Both the position numbers and the translations under genes were made by a program. DNA of 64,000 bases from an uncultured bacterium (GTDB lineage: Bacteria; Chloroflexota; UBA5177; JANWHV01). The notes under the pieces are model-generated. The model searched no databases. It saw only the letters and a list, made by a program, of their open reading frames with translations, and was not told the DNA's origin. Numbering within the stretch: the first letter of the stretch is position 1; the number at the start of each line of letters is the position of its first letter. The stretch lies in NCBI GenBank assembly GCA_963827235.1, contig CAWHAE010000007.1:1-64000 (forward strand), given 5' to 3'. This document shows positions 60,694-64,000 of the stretch, piece after piece.

Positions 60694-63210
60694 CTACCTA
60701 CCGTACCGATGTGCCAGAGCACTGGCCTCGTCGATCGCAGCTGCGAGCGGCATCGATCGGCCGGACCTCAGGGCATTCTCGACGGTCTCGCCGAGCAGAT
60801 GCCGCAACCTGGCGTCTATCGCACGGTAGCTGGCACTCTCCGCCGGTGACACCGGAGCACAGACCGCATCGCGCAGTGCGGCTGCGGCGCCGAACAGCCT
60901 GCCACCTGTCTCCGCGGCGCCGAGCTCAGCTGCTGTCGCCGCGAGTGCCTCCAGGCACTGGGCGACGTTCCTCTTGTTGCCGATCTCGCGCTCGAGCGCT
61001 AGGCTCGCGCCAAAGAGTCCCGCTGCCCGAGCGTGTCCACCCTGCGCCTGGAGCACGAGTCCCAAGTTGTAGGTTCCCATGGCGATGCTGGACCGGTCTC
61101 CCAGACCCACTGCGAGCGCTTTGTGTTCGGTGAGAAGCGCCGTCGCGCGATCAAGGTGCCCGAGCATGCGCTCGGCATCCGCGAGATTGAGCAACGCGAT
61201 GCACGTGCCGCGGGTGTTGCCCCGCTGCCGGGTGAGCGCCAGGCCCTCCTCCAGCACCGGCATCGCCTGCTCGGGCCGCCCCAGTTCAATGAGCAGCGCC
61301 CCATGGTTCGTGAGCACCGTCGCCAGCAGCGCATCATCGACGAGAGTGCGAGCCAGCCGCGTTGCCTCCTCGTAGCAGGCCTCTGCCCGAACGTAATCGC
61401 CTTGATACTTGAGGGCACTCCCCTGGTTGACAAGGACCACCGTGGCACCGCGGGCGTCGGCCGCTTGACCGAACAACTCGACCGCCTCCTCATAGGCGGT
61501 CAGAGTCAGCGCGAGGTCGCCCTGCTCATTGGCGAAATTGCCGAGCGCGTTGAGTGCGCGGGCCCGAAGCCCCGCTGGTGCCTGGGGGCTCGCGGCAAGC
61601 ATGCGCTCAAGCCAGCCGCGGCCTTCACTCAGGTAGCCGCGGACAAGCCAGAAGCGATACACAGCTACCGCTAGGCGGAGCCCCAGTTCCCCGCGGTCTG
61701 GTGATTGCAGACTCCAGTCAAACGCGGCGCGGATGTTGCCATGCTCGCGCTCAAGCCTGTCGACCCACTCCGCTTGTGCAGCGCCCTGGAGTCCAGGCCA
61801 GGCTTGTTCCGCCAGAGCCAGGTAGTAAGCTGCATGGCGATCGCTGACGCCGCGGGCCTCGCCTGCTGTCGCGAGACACTCCAGGCCATACTCGCGGATG
61901 GTGTCCAACATGCCAAAGCGCGCTTCTGGAGACGGACCCGGCATGCGCACCATGAGGTTCTTGTCGACCAGCGCGAGCAGCCATCCCAGCATGTCATCTT
62001 GCAGACCTCCCGTCATCTGGCACACGGTCTCGGCAGCTTCCAGGGTGAAGCCACCGGCAAAAACGGCCAGCCGCCGAAACAGTGTCTGCTCTCCCACATG
62101 CAACAGGTTGTAGCTCCAGGCAAACGCGCTGCGGAGCGTCTGCTGTCGTTCCGGCAGGTCGGAAGCGCCTCTGGTCAACAACTGCAGGCGTTTCTCCAGC
62201 CGGGACAACAACGCCTGGGGCGGCAGGAGCTTGACCCAGACCGCGGTCAGCTCAATGGCGAGGGGCAGTCCGTCTAGGCGGCGGCAGATGGCCGCGATCG
62301 CAGCCGCCGTCGCGGGCGTGAGTCTGGTTTCCGGCTCGATTGCTTGAGCGCGCTGCATGAAGAGCGTCACAGATGCTACCCGGGCCAGCTCATCCATGGA
62401 ACACTCGCCCCGATCGACCCAGTCCATGTCGGGCAGTGCGAGTGGCCGCACAGGGAATTCGTGCTCGCCTCGCACATGCACGGCAACGCGGCTTGTCACC
62501 AGCACCTTCAGCCGGGCACAAGCCGCGGTGAGATCCGCTAGCAGGAGTGCGGCTTTCGCCACGTGCTCGAAGTTGTCGAGTACCAAGAGCACGTGTGTGC
62601 CAGCCAAGTCTGCCGCAAGGGCCTCGCTCAGGGGTTGTCCGCTCTGCTCGCGGATGTTCAGTGCTTGAGCAATGGCAGAGGCGACGAGGGAGGCGTCACG
62701 CAGCGGTGCGAGCGAGACGAACACGGCCCCACCCGCGAAGTGCTTGGAGAGATCGGCGGCGACGGCGATGGCCAGGCTGGTCTTGCCAACGCCGGCAGGT
62801 CCGGTGAGGGTGGCCAGACGAACATCGTCGCGGCGAAGGAGGTGGGCGACTCCCTGGACGTCGTGCTCGCGGCCGACGAGTGGTGCCGGCAACGCGGGTA
62901 GCGTCGAGCCAGCCGGGAGGGCCAGTGAGCCAGACTGTGAGGCTGCAACTCCTCGGCCCGGACCACGCGTGCGCACTACCGGGGCATCGAGCGCAGTCTG
63001 TTCCGCTGCCGAGAGTCCCAGGGCACGGGCCAAGCGCGCGACCGTATCGGCATGGGGCACCAGGTTCACGCCGCGCTCCAGGTCGCTGAGGCCACGCACA
63101 CTCAGCCCGGCTCGCTCGGCTAAGACCTCTTGGGACAGTCCGGCGGCCAGGCGATAGCGCCGCAACAACTCCCGGAAGGATCCCCGAGCGCCGGGCTCCG
63201 TCTTGTCCAT
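60694..63210 (-). CDS. XRE-HTH + NB-ARC/STAND-type NTPase + TPR regulator
   Basis: LRRYRLAAGLSQEVLAERAGLSVRGLSDLERG, LVGRE, GPAGVGKT (Walker A), LLVLDNFEH (Walker B), GLPLAIEL, C-terminal TPRs. Confidence 0.93.
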   Translation of the reverse strand: MDKTEPGARGSFRELLRRYRLAAGLSQEVLAERAGLSVRGLSDLERGVNLVPHADTVARLARALGLSAAEQTALDAPVVRTRGPGRGVAASQSGSLALPAGSTLPALPAPLVGREHDVQGVAHLLRRDDVRLATLTGPAGVGKTSLAIAVAADLSKHFAGGAVFVSLAPLRDASLVASAIAQALNIREQSGQPLSEALAADLAGTHVLLVLDNFEHVAKAALLLADLTAACARLKVLVTSRVAVHVRGEHEFPVRPLALPDMDWVDRGECSMDELARVASVTLFMQRAQAIEPETRLTPATAAAIAAICRRLDGLPLAIELTAVWVKLLPPQALLSRLEKRLQLLTRGASDLPERQQTLRSAFAWSYNLLHVGEQTLFRRLAVFAGGFTLEAAETVCQMTGGLQDDMLGWLLALVDKNLMVRMPGPSPEARFGMLDTIREYGLECLATAGEARGVSDRHAAYYLALAEQAWPGLQGAAQAEWVDRLEREHGNIRAAFDWSLQSPDRGELGLRLAVAVYRFWLVRGYLSEGRGWLERMLAASPQAPAGLRARALNALGNFANEQGDLALTLTAYEEAVELFGQAADARGATVVLVNQGSALKYQGDYVRAEACYEEATRLARTLVDDALLATVLTNHGALLIELGRPEQAMPVLEEGLALTRQRGNTRGTCIALLNLADAERMLGHLDRATALLTEHKALAVGLGDRSSIAMGTYNLGLVLQAQGGHARAAGLFGASLALEREIGNKRNVAQCLEALAATAAELGAAETGGRLFGAAAALRDAVCAPVSPAESASYRAIDARLRHLLGETVENALRSGRSMPLAAAIDEASALAHRYGR

Positions 63211-63440
63211 GATGAGCCGCCTGCTGGCAATACTCGGTCCGCTGCTGGCTTCGCCTCGCCGTCTATTATGCCGCACACGGGGTAACGCTGGGTATGGAAT
63301 TGCAGAATGCTTGCAAGCGCAATTGCGTGGGTCAGAAGTGTGGGTGCTGCCTGTTGCCCGCTCCACCGGCACACTATCGTGGGAGCGGCCGAGCCTGGGG
63401 CGTATCGTGTACACGTGGAGAAGAAGGTCGTGAAGCGGGG
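63064..63440. repeat. Source copy of the duplicated HTH/promoter segment
   Basis: GCGCAATT..GTGGGTCAGAAGTGTGGGTGCTGCCTG..CTATCGT.GGAGCG..GGAGAAG.AGGTC.TGA shared with 49812-49930. Confidence 0.85.
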
Positions 63441-63469
63441 CAAGCGTTGTTGCCGCCGCGGCGAGACGG

Positions 63470-63545
63470 CCCGCCATGGCTGCGGTCGAGCGCTACAAGC
63501 ACGAGCGTGGCGTTGCCGGTCGATGGCTGCTTGCTCGCCCAGTAG
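63470..63545 (+). pseudogene. Possible SDR C-terminal scrap
   Basis: WLRSSATSTSVALPVDGCLLAQ* resembles the SDR tail (L.S..AS..TG..LPVDGG). Confidence 0.35.
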
Positions 63546-63970
63546 CACCGAGAGCCACCCTGCAGGAGCATCGCCCGGTACATTCGTTGGTCTCACTCGC
63601 TTGCAGATCTTTTCTGTTCTGTGCATCACGAGACTTGACGCTCAGTGATTACGGCGCCGACGCGTGGCAAGTGACTGTGCGCCGGCTCCGGCAGCACGGC
63701 ATTTGAACCGCATGTCTACTCGGTCAGGCTAAACCGGCACTGCCGCCGAGAATGAGCCCGCCATCGTACTCGGTGTGATCACCACGCCGATGCCCTACAT
63801 TTGTAGGGGCGGCATTGCCGAGGCTGAACATCGGCAGGGACCCGCGCGTGGAACAGCTCAACGCTCGCATCGGGTGAGGTTGCAGCACACACGGTTCAGC
63901 GCGGATCTCATCCGCCGCGGTGGCGCGTGCACCATGAGCATCTTGCGCATGCTGAAAGGGAGTGTGCATC

Positions 63971-64000
63971 GTGTCTAAACACATCGATACCTTGCCGACG
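63971..64000 (+). CDS. Start of a gene running off the window
   Basis: AAAGGGAG RBS followed by GTG TCT AAA CAC ATC GAT. Confidence 0.4.
   Translation, partial: MSKHIDTLPT

Noticed and set aside
60694-63210. Avs-like antiphage STAND system
   Set aside because: The N-terminal module is an XRE HTH rather than a nuclease, SIR2, TIR or protease effector; it matches the common transcriptional-regulator architecture
63548-63574. Minus-strand APAGWLSVL identical to the RHS N-terminus (about 50488-50514)
   Set aside because: Opposite orientation, no flanking similarity; a short match is plausible by chance in six frames of GC-rich DNA

Overview
High-GC bacterial DNA. Most of it reads like a soil Chloroflexota-type genome (inference from gene style, not tested). 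It carries many carbohydrate uptake and catabolism genes: two GH51, GH31, GH78, GH127/146, two sugar ABC systems, and ROK, LacI and AraC regulators. It also has sulfur and methionine genes (rhodanese, metA), an ECF sigma factor with an NmrA neighbour, an MFS pump, and IS630 and IS701 remnants. The standout is a 2890-aa secreted RHS/YD protein (50368-59040). Its intact-looking autocleavage motif (DPLGL, aa ~1183) is followed not by a toxin tip but by ~1700 aa of FlgD-Ig, Ig/CBM-like, TolB-type propeller and carboxypeptidase-regulatory-like modules. The locus is bracketed by two direct-orientation copies of an XRE-HTH plus promoter segment: an intact XRE-NTPase-TPR regulator on the right and a scrap on the left. 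Other oddities are an orphan Tyr-type T-box stem I marking a probable junction near 2.05 kb, two stacks of fused gene scraps (28.8-30.8 kb and 48.6-49.8 kb), and clustered frameshifts (0.4-1.5 kb and 41.7-48.6 kb) that may be consensus errors. No rRNA, tRNA or CRISPR array was seen. All family assignments are from motif recognition by eye; no database searches were run.
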